From a virus, in the IMG/VR virus record IMGVR_UViG_3300002835_000025: 64,000 nucleotides of DNA. One strand, written 5' to 3'. The translations under genes and the position numbers were made by a program. Below are positions 56,378-64,000 of this stretch, one piece after another. A model generated the notes under the pieces. It did not search any database. It had not been told where the DNA came from and worked only from the letters and a program-made list of their open reading frames with translations. Positions within the stretch are counted from its first letter, which is position 1. Each line of letters starts with the position of its first letter.

Positions 56378-56938
56378 ATGAAAGTATATCTCGGCAAACC
56401 AAAAAATTTGTGGTTCGGTCCTTATCAATTAGCAGACCTATTAATGCACTTTGGAGTATCAGAAGATAAGTGCGATGAGATAGGAGAAAAGCTAGCAGAT
56501 TCCTGGGTTAATGATTTCCTTAATTGGATATATGACCATAACCCGTTAAAGAAACCGACGGAAATAATCCATATTGACGACTGGGATACTTGGAGTATGG
56601 ATTACACTTTGGCCCCTATCATTCTTAAGATGCTGCAGAAATTCAAAGAAAATCTTCATGGTGCACCTGTTGTTGAAGATTGTGATGTGCCTGATAGTAT
56701 CAAATCTATGAATGCTCCTAGAGTCAAAGAACTTTATGATACTGATGAATTCTATTTCAAACGATGGGATTATGTCATTGATGAGATGATATGGTCTTTT
56801 GAGCATATTGTAAATGATGATTGGGAACACACAGTTCTGGTGCAGTTCAATGACCCAGAATCATATAAATTTATGCAAGACCGAGTAGACAATGGTTTAC
56901 GTCTATTTGGAAAATATTTCCGAAATCTATGGAGTTAA
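56378..56938 (+). CDS. Conserved phage hypothetical protein
   Basis: IDDWDTWSMDYTLA...DEMIWSF...GLRLFGKYFRNLW. Confidence 0.8.
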   Translation: MKVYLGKPKNLWFGPYQLADLLMHFGVSEDKCDEIGEKLADSWVNDFLNWIYDHNPLKKPTEIIHIDDWDTWSMDYTLAPIILKMLQKFKENLHGAPVVEDCDVPDSIKSMNAPRVKELYDTDEFYFKRWDYVIDEMIWSFEHIVNDDWEHTVLVQFNDPESYKFMQDRVDNGLRLFGKYFRNLWS

Positions 56939-56939
56939 A

Positions 56940-57548
56940 ATGATTACTGTTGACAAATTCAAACAAATCTTTCCCGCATGTAAAAATCCTAATGACACAA
57001 CAAAAGCACTTAATATTATTCTACCAAAATACGGAATCACTACAAAGGACAGACTCTGTGCATTCCTAGCTCAAACGGGACATGAATCAGGTAGCTTTAA
57101 TACCCTTAAAGAAAATTTAAACTATAGCGCTGAAGGGCTTTGCAAAGTATGGCCTAAACGATTCCCTACTCTAGCAGAAGCACAAAAATACCATCGTAAT
57201 CCCGAGAAGATTGCTAATAAAGTTTATGCTGGCAGAATGGGCAATGGACCAGAAGATTCTGGAGAAGGATTCTTATATTGCGGACGCGGTGCGATTCAAT
57301 TGACTGGAAAAGAAAACTACACAAAATTTGCGTCAAGCATCGATATGGCAATAGAAGAAGCAGTAGCGTATTGTGAAACTAGAGAAGGAGCTATTGAATC
57401 TGCTTGTTATTTCTGGACTACTCATAACTTGAATGACATTGCAGATAAAGGTGATTTTGTAACATTGACTAAGAAGATTAATGGTGGCACTACTGGACTT
57501 CCTGAACGTCAAGAAATATGGCATAAGGCATTGAAAGTTCTTTCTTAA
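56940..57548 (+). CDS. Glycoside hydrolase family 19 endolysin
   Basis: FLAQTGHES, ENLNYS, GRGAIQLTGKENY, TKKINGG..GL. Confidence 0.93.
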   Translation: MITVDKFKQIFPACKNPNDTTKALNIILPKYGITTKDRLCAFLAQTGHESGSFNTLKENLNYSAEGLCKVWPKRFPTLAEAQKYHRNPEKIANKVYAGRMGNGPEDSGEGFLYCGRGAIQLTGKENYTKFASSIDMAIEEAVAYCETREGAIESACYFWTTHNLNDIADKGDFVTLTKKINGGTTGLPERQEIWHKALKVLS

Positions 57549-57575
57549 TAAATAATTCTATTTGAAGGAATAACC

Positions 57576-57779
57576 ATGTTGTCATTTAAAGAATACTCAT
57601 TAATGGAAGATGGATCTGCTGATGTTGCCAAGATTGGTGATGATATGTCAAAAGTAGATATTAATGTACTTACTACGCATTTGGCATTTCTTGCTAATGC
57701 TATTCCTGGTACAGTACAGTTTCAAATGAAGCAAGATATCGAAACAGAATTAGCAAATAGAAATGCAAAATTAGGATAA
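57576..57779 (+). CDS. Small putative internal protein
   Basis: MLSFKEY start; late-like AATAAATA upstream; shares a motif with the 20112 protein. Confidence 0.65.
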   Translation: MLSFKEYSLMEDGSADVAKIGDDMSKVDINVLTTHLAFLANAIPGTVQFQMKQDIETELANRNAKLG

Positions 57780-57845
57780 AATGTTGTACTTTAATACGGT
57801 TCTTGATATAATAGAATCTATACCACAACTTACTAAAGTAATCAA

Positions 57846-58751
57846 ATGAAAACATTTTACGAATATCTAACAGAATCTCCGCAAATACCGTCTAATTTTG
57901 CTCTCACATTAGATTCACTTACTCCAAAGAATAAGGATAAATTTGATGCGGCATTAATTACTCTTAAAGCCGCTATGGAACAAGGAAGCATACGTAAAAC
58001 AGATTTAGATAATATCAAATCTGTTTTCAATAATTCATGCGAGGCTACTTGGGAAAAACATTACCAATATGCTTATCTTAACCAACCTCGCGATGTTAGA
58101 GATGCTGCTCCTCATGCTAAAGAAGAGGAAGACATTTATTATAAAGCCAAAAATTTTAGAAATATGGATGGCATTATCAAGAAATATTCTAAATTTGCAA
58201 ATACGTCTCAATTGATAGGATATGCTATTAGAATTGCCTCTGAGTATGCTTCACTTAAAGATATAATGGATCATTTGGCAACTAATATTGTTAAAGGCAA
58301 AGCTCCTTCATTAAACATTAAGCCTATTAATCCTAATCAAGTAAGAGGAACTTGTGGGTGGTGTTTACGTGATATTGCTATTGATAAAAGTGGTCTAATG
58401 TCTCACCATGGGTTTACAAGACCTGGAGTCGGATATCAAACACAATCATGCGCTGGTGTAAATTATAAAAATTTAGAAGTATCTCGAGATGGATTGAAAG
58501 CCAGAATTAAAGTCACTGAACAAGAAAAGTCTAATTTAGAATCTCGTTCGAAAGACCTGCCGAAAGTTATAACTCTTAATGTACGAAAAACAGGAAGTCG
58601 CGATATCATTACCATAGGAAAAGAAGATCCTAATTGGTCAAAAGCATATCACTCAACTGAAGTAAATCTCGAATCTGAGATTCGCAGTATAACTAAAGAA
58701 CTTGAGCAATTAAATCAAACGTTGATAAAGTGGGAAATAAAAACAAAATAA
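57846..58751 (+). CDS. Hypothetical protein with a capsid-targeting-like N-terminus and a CxxC...HHG...C metal motif
   Basis: MKTFYEYLTE; GTCGWC..MSHHGF..CAG. Confidence 0.7.
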   Translation: MKTFYEYLTESPQIPSNFALTLDSLTPKNKDKFDAALITLKAAMEQGSIRKTDLDNIKSVFNNSCEATWEKHYQYAYLNQPRDVRDAAPHAKEEEDIYYKAKNFRNMDGIIKKYSKFANTSQLIGYAIRIASEYASLKDIMDHLATNIVKGKAPSLNIKPINPNQVRGTCGWCLRDIAIDKSGLMSHHGFTRPGVGYQTQSCAGVNYKNLEVSRDGLKARIKVTEQEKSNLESRSKDLPKVITLNVRKTGSRDIITIGKEDPNWSKAYHSTEVNLESEIRSITKELEQLNQTLIKWEIKTK

Positions 58752-59034
58752 TAGTGTACTTTAATATGGTTCTTGATATAATAGAACCATATTAACTTAC
58801 CGAGGATTTTATCATGGCTACTAAATTATTCAAAGTTTCTAAAGAAGGTTCAATAACTATCAAACTGACAAACTTGGAAACTAATCAAACTCTTTCTATC
58901 ATTGTTGATGTTGAAGGAAATGACCCAATTGCTACAATAATCAGAGAATCATATTTCTTCAAAAAAGCTAAAGGATATAAATATGATGATTCTTCAGCAA
59001 TATTAACCGTAAATTACAAATAAGGAAACCAAAA

Positions 59035-59569
59035 ATGTTAAATTTTAAAGAATTTAAAGAACAACTAAATGAAGCAGAATTTACGCCAGATATGAAAGAA
59101 TCTGTTAAATTAAGTCCGGCTGAAAAGGGCATATTAACTACAGTATTTGATGATAATAATCACAAAGGTGACGATGACATTCTGTCTGAATTGGAACATG
59201 CGATTGATCATCATGATATGGCTTCAGGCAAAAACAATATCCAAAAATTAGCACATGACTTCTTAAAAGACATTACTAAAAAAAAAATTAAAAGAAGCTA
59301 AACTTCATAAAGTCGTTTATCACGACACATATTCTTCTGCGGTCCAGCATGCTATGAAACATGCTGAAGATAAAGGATATGATATTGATGCTAGAGATTG
59401 GCAACAACATGTAGGAGATGGTCCAGGTAAACCATCTGACGGAAAGACTACTAGACATAGTATCCCATTATCCAAGAATGGTAAACCATCCAAAAAGACT
59501 TTAAACATTCAAGTGTACAATCGTGGAACTGATAATAATTCATACGAATTGAATCATTACATTAGTTAA
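59035..59569 (+). pseudogene. One gene interrupted by a frameshift in an A10 run (ORFs 59035-59301 and 59354-59569)
   Basis: Removing one A at 59278-59287 gives continuous ...TKKKLKEAKLHKVVYHDTYSSAVQHAMKH... Confidence 0.6.
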
Positions 59570-59885
59570 TGGTCTCAGTCAATTCCGTATAAAATTCTGC
59601 TAGTAATTGCAATTCTCTTAGAGTTGCATCTCTCTTAAGACTATTCGCGCGATTGGATATGACCACTAGATTTCCTGGTACATATCCAATCGTGTTGTTT
59701 ATTCTGTCAATCGAATAACTATCATCTCCTGCACATCCCTTATTCCATTTTAGTCTTATTCCTAAAATGGGACATGTCAACGGAAAAGACAAATCACACA
59801 GATCAGTCTTTGTTATAGTAAACTCTATTCCTCTAGATTTTGCTGACGATTTCAATTGTGAATATAATACTGATATTGGTTTCAT
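59562..59885 (-). CDS. Small HNH-like endonuclease
   Basis: CPILG...SIDRINN.IGYVPGNLVVIS.RAN..K. Confidence 0.75.
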   Translation of the reverse strand: MKPISVLYSQLKSSAKSRGIEFTITKTDLCDLSFPLTCPILGIRLKWNKGCAGDDSYSIDRINNTIGYVPGNLVVISNRANSLKRDATLRELQLLAEFYTELTETIN

Positions 59886-59942
59886 GTGTGTACTTATATT
59901 AAAATTGTGATATAATAGACTTTTATAATTAAGGAGTCTATC

Positions 59943-60488
59943 ATGAACGTTTTCTATCTATCAAAAAATCAAACCGAATGCGCTCAACAGCATGTTGACC
60001 GACATGTCGTCAAAATGATTCTCGAATATTCCCAATTGCTATCTACTGCCCATCGAGTTTTAGATGGTATAGAAACTGCAGGATTTTCTGAATCGGGCCG
60101 TAAGAAAAAAGTCTGGAAACTTAACAGTTCATACGATAGTATTTTATACTCCGCAACTCATATAAACCATCCATCAGCAATTTGGGCTCGGCACGGATTC
60201 GAGAATTATCAATGGCTCCATTCTTTGCTTGTAGAATTATGCAAAGAATATACTTATCGGTATGGTAAAATTCATAAATGCGAGGCAACTGGTTTAGTTG
60301 ATAAATTGCAATATGCTCCATTTAATATTTCAACAAAACCTTTTACCGAACCAACTCCTGCAATGCCTGACGAATTTAAGGTCCCAGGCAACTCCGTTTT
60401 ATCATATCAACAATACTATAATGGATCCAAAACCAGGTTACACAGCTGGAAACTTCGTGATATTCCTGAATTTATTAATCAAAAATAA
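59943..60488 (+). CDS. Pyrimidine-dimer glycosylase (DenV-related) family protein
   Basis: MNVFYL..HVVKM..EY.QLLSTAH, TH.NHPS..W, EYTYRYGK.H, AMPD. Confidence 0.75.
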   Translation: MNVFYLSKNQTECAQQHVDRHVVKMILEYSQLLSTAHRVLDGIETAGFSESGRKKKVWKLNSSYDSILYSATHINHPSAIWARHGFENYQWLHSLLVELCKEYTYRYGKIHKCEATGLVDKLQYAPFNISTKPFTEPTPAMPDEFKVPGNSVLSYQQYYNGSKTRLHSWKLRDIPEFINQK

Positions 60489-60573
60489 TTGCATTCTTTT
60501 GTGTACTTTTATGGTATGTTTGATATAATAGACTCAGATTAACAATTATTGAATTTTGAATAGGAATTAAATT

Positions 60574-60879
60574 ATGAGTAAAGAAATTGCGGCGCAAATC
60601 ATAGTCCAAGCAGATAAACTTGGTTGGACTATAAGCATTCACAGAACGATTCTAGTCATTTCAAAGCATATTGAACCTGATAATACTGACGAATTTGTAA
60701 AGGCAGATTCTGAATACCATTCAATTCTCAGTTTATTACCATGTACTTATCCAGGACGTACATGGGGTACGGATGGTAGCGGTATAGGTGCATTATCGGC
60801 AATCAGAAATGGATTGTTTGTAATGAATAAATCTGGTGGTTCAAAACGTGTACTTAATGCATTACAAAAATTAATTTAG
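60574..60879 (+). CDS. Hypothetical early protein
   Basis: Promoter plus RBS; WGTDGSGIG..NKSG. Confidence 0.7.
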   Translation: MSKEIAAQIIVQADKLGWTISIHRTILVISKHIEPDNTDEFVKADSEYHSILSLLPCTYPGRTWGTDGSGIGALSAIRNGLFVMNKSGGSKRVLNALQKLI

Positions 60880-61083
60880 GAGAATAGAAATGACTGGTGT
60901 AATTTTAACTATGATGATGTACTTTAATGTTGATCAGATTTCTCATGGGACTCCTGAAGTTACCACGATGACATTCGATACTTATGCGGAATGTGAGTTT
61001 TATATTGAACAACATACTCCTGAAATCCAAAAAGAACTGGAAGATGGGTTACTTGGCTATTCTATGAAATGTGAGGTGTTATA

Positions 61084-61866
61084 ATGAGCACAAATTCAAC
61101 TATCGCGATCCAAAATCTTGACGGTACCATTCATCAAATCTATTGCCATTGGGATGGTTATGTTGAACATAATGGTCGAATCCTAAAAGAATATTATAAT
61201 ACACCAGCAAAAGTAAAACAATTAGTATCATTTGGTGGCCTGTCGTCCTTGGGTATTCGTTGTGAACCAACCAAAGGCACTGAACATACTTTTGCTTTTC
61301 CAGAAAAGGACACCTGTGTTTATTATGGCCGTGACCGCGGCGAAAAACATACTAAAGTTAAAATCTGGGACAACTTTGATTTTTACAGATACAGATACCA
61401 ACGTGAAGAATATAATTACTTATTTGTTGAAGAAGAATGCAAATGGTACCTTATTGGATCTGATGGATGTATATCTGAATTCCTAGAAGAACTTGATAAT
61501 ATTGCAATAGAAAAAGAGGAAATTATGATACATGCAGCAGTGGCTTATGCCAAAACTAAAGAAGTAGAAACTGACCTTAACAAGATCAAACAAACGGAAA
61601 TCACCAAAGCTCTTCAAGAAATTCAAGTATTGATAAATGATGCTATTAAGAATGGAAAATACACAATTTCTTTTAACAAAGTTGATGGGTTATCTGACCA
61701 GACGTTCAATAAGATTGCTGGAATTCTAGTAACTACACTGAAGGAATATGGTTATGTAGCAAACTGTATTGCTAGTAGGTCACCAGATATGGCAGCATAT
61801 GCAAGTTCTGGAATACGTTTTTATACTAACAATGCTGTAATTACTATCAGTTGGGAGAATGCGTAA
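61084..61866 (+). CDS. Conserved phage protein (IYCHWDGY family) fused to a second module with an internal start
   Basis: IYCHWDGY, YGRDRGE, EEYNYLF; in-frame GAGG+ATG at 61525. Confidence 0.7.
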   Translation: MSTNSTIAIQNLDGTIHQIYCHWDGYVEHNGRILKEYYNTPAKVKQLVSFGGLSSLGIRCEPTKGTEHTFAFPEKDTCVYYGRDRGEKHTKVKIWDNFDFYRYRYQREEYNYLFVEEECKWYLIGSDGCISEFLEELDNIAIEKEEIMIHAAVAYAKTKEVETDLNKIKQTEITKALQEIQVLINDAIKNGKYTISFNKVDGLSDQTFNKIAGILVTTLKEYGYVANCIASRSPDMAAYASSGIRFYTNNAVITISWENA

Positions 61867-61987
61867 TGATTGATATTGGACCAAACTTGTTTGAATTACT
61901 ATCAACAATAGTACACACCATTGGGGTAGTATTTGTGGTGTTTCTAATAATGAATGCTTATAACAAAATTTGAAGAGGAATTATAAA

Positions 61988-62434
61988 ATGTTAAAGAGTA
62001 ACCCGATTATACAAGAACATCAATTACAAGAAGGCGTTTATCTAAGCGATTATTCGTTTCAGTTACATGCACTCGAGCGTTCTAAATCATATATAAGCAA
62101 TTATTCGTCTCGGTTACATGCACTCGAGCATTCTAAATCATATATTAGAGATCCTGAATTTTTAACAAATAGTTTTGCATGGTATTATGGCGTATGTGAT
62201 GGAATTGAAAATTTACTTGAAGTCATCCCAGAACTGTTATCGCCTGACCGCGAATTTGTAGTGTTATTACATAGAATCAGTAAATCTAATCAACCTAGAT
62301 ATGAAGGTTGGAGATGGCACAAATGGGGCGACTATATTGGTACACAAACTCCTACTACTGAATACATTTATGACGAACCAATAATCGATTTAGTTTACTG
62401 CTACCATATCTACGAGACAATCAGTGAAAACTAA
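61988..62434 (+). CDS. Hypothetical protein with a 17-aa internal duplication
   Basis: YGVCD, GWRWHKWG.YIG; 51-bp tandem repeat at about 62043-62144. Confidence 0.7.
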   Translation: MLKSNPIIQEHQLQEGVYLSDYSFQLHALERSKSYISNYSSRLHALEHSKSYIRDPEFLTNSFAWYYGVCDGIENLLEVIPELLSPDREFVVLLHRISKSNQPRYEGWRWHKWGDYIGTQTPTTEYIYDEPIIDLVYCYHIYETISEN

Positions 62435-62641
62435 AATCCTAATCATGATGTTGGTGTCATTACCCGTAAAGGCTAATTGCATCAACATCGTTAATCTTAT
62501 GGAACAATGCTACACAAAGCAATACCTTGATAGTATTGCTAGTCAAAAGAAGTTCTTCAAGACTCATAAGAAATGCTCTCCCATGAAGTATGTTAAACTA
62601 AATGAGCAATGCCATAAAGGCAAACCTAAGAAGGCAAAGAA

Positions 62642-63151
62642 ATGATTAAGACCATTCTGATAGTATCATCGATGATGGCTCCTAGTACTCAAATCTATAC
62701 AAGTACAGGAACTGCCAAGTTTGTTAATCATTCATACCAAATGGTTACTACCAAACCGAAGGTTACTCCTAAAGATATTGACCGTTATATCCATAATGCT
62801 TCATTGAAGTATCAGGTGGACGAAAAGCTGGTTCGTGCTGTAATCAAAACTGAAAGCACTTATCGAACCAAGGCTGTTAGTAAGAAAGGTGCAGTAGGAT
62901 TGATGCAACTGATGCCTGCTACTGCAGAACGGTTTGGTGTATCAGATCGTACCAATGTCAAAGAGAACATTTATGGTGGTGTACGGTTCCTTAGATTCTT
63001 ATTGGATACCTTTGATGGTAATAAGAAACTAGCATTAGCAGGATATAATGCAGGAGAGAATGCTGTGATTAGACACCACAGAAAGATTCCAAATTATCCA
63101 GAAACAATCAATTATGTAACATTGGTACTAACCGAATATAAGAAGGGCTAA
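62642..63151 (+). CDS. Lytic transglycosylase (SLT domain)
   Basis: AVIKTES, AVS.KGAVGLMQLMP.TA, ALAGYNAG, ET.NYV. Confidence 0.93.
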   Translation: MIKTILIVSSMMAPSTQIYTSTGTAKFVNHSYQMVTTKPKVTPKDIDRYIHNASLKYQVDEKLVRAVIKTESTYRTKAVSKKGAVGLMQLMPATAERFGVSDRTNVKENIYGGVRFLRFLLDTFDGNKKLALAGYNAGENAVIRHHRKIPNYPETINYVTLVLTEYKKG

Positions 63152-63222
63152 AATAAATGTGTATAATTGGTACTAATGTGTTATAATAATACCAATTAAA
63201 CAAACTGATGAGGAATTTTGAA

Positions 63223-63627
63223 ATGAAACACAATGCTCTATTCAAACTGGTTGAAGAAATAGAAAAACCAACCAAAGCATCTGAAATGATGGAATACTCT
63301 AATTCTTATTACAGACAGATGAATCCTAATGAATGGAATATCCCATTTGCTGATAAGGATATTCAATATGTAAAACTTTTCGAGTTTTTGGATTGTACTG
63401 ATAGAGAAAAAGACATCATGTTTATTTCCAATTTCTTCCATTCTGCCTATGTTACTTTGCATGTAACGATTCTTGCTTTAGGTGAACGACCAAGTCCTGG
63501 TTCACTTATCGATTTAAAAAGAACATTTGATACACTACAAAGATTAGATGCAATAGAAACATTGCTGAATGGTAAGATTACAATTGAAGAATTTAACGAT
63601 ATTATTAGAGGTATGACAGATGACTGA
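63223..63627 (+). CDS. Hypothetical early protein
   Basis: Stem-loop promoter plus GAGG RBS. Confidence 0.65.
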   Translation: MKHNALFKLVEEIEKPTKASEMMEYSNSYYRQMNPNEWNIPFADKDIQYVKLFEFLDCTDREKDIMFISNFFHSAYVTLHVTILALGERPSPGSLIDLKRTFDTLQRLDAIETLLNGKITIEEFNDIIRGMTDD

Positions 63628-63909
63628 AATCACGCATGACGAATTTATAGAAAAATATGCTGATGTTAGAATGACATTCAGTAGTTATTACAAATACTGT
63701 TTTACTTACATTGGTCAAACGGATGATGGAGTAAAAGTGTCAGCAAGATACGGTGGAGATGCTAACCAAGTAACATATATTCTTCGGATGCTGGACATAA
63801 CTTCTTACTAGGTGAAACTGCAATGTCTTTTAAATGTGGTGTATCTAAACGAATAGATACAAATGAAGAACTTTTTGATTTTTATGATTTTTAATGGAGA
63901 TTTGATACA

Positions 63910-64000
63910 ATGAACTTGAAATACTTAGCCTTAACCATATCATTATTATTGACTGCTTGTGGTGAATCTGAACAAGAACGCCAACAGAAGATTATTAATC
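63910..64000 (+). CDS. Lipoprotein, N-terminal part (truncated by the window edge)
   Basis: GGAG RBS; MNLKYLALTISLLLTAC lipobox. Confidence 0.6.
   Translation, partial: MNLKYLALTISLLLTACGESEQERQQKIIN

Noticed and set aside
1-64000. Alternative genetic code (stop-codon reassignment)
   Set aside because: Core genes are full length under the standard code, all three stop codons end genes, and no suppressor tRNA is seen.

Overview
AT-rich segment of a large T4-like (Tevenvirinae-related, environmental-type) myophage that infects a Gram-negative host, judged from the Rz/Rz1 spanin pair. Almost all genes are on the + strand. From left to right it contains: the end of gp47 and gp46; a cluster of 6 tRNAs with an extra structured RNA; the replication block (gp45, gp44, gp62, regA, hsp20, dexA-like, gp43, uvsX, gp40, gp41); a late block of putative internal-head and virion proteins, Dps and a lysis cassette; a DNA-glycosylation operon; nrdB/nrdA; nucleases; an ADP-ribosyltransferase; DNA ligase; dsbA; rnh; an AEP-type primase; dCMP hydroxymethylase, cd, td and frd; an RNA ligase; GroES; a GH19 endolysin; an SLT; and many small early genes behind repeated promoter cassettes. 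The most notable features are five. (1) A candidate new cytosine hypermodification system: a gp42-type dCMP hydroxymethylase plus an operon encoding a beta-glucosyltransferase homolog, a SAM methyltransferase, a CofD/YvcK-HAD fusion and a nucleotidyltransferase. (2) A uvsX gene fractured by a split intein, with an HNH gene between the halves. (3) A gp43 gene split inside its exonuclease domain, with no intein, by an antisense GIY-YIG gene. (4) A covarying RNA leader and back-to-back promoter cassette shared by two homing endonuclease genes. (5) A late small RNA dense in CsrA/RsmA-type ANGGA sites. All family assignments come from motif recognition by eye; no database searches were run.
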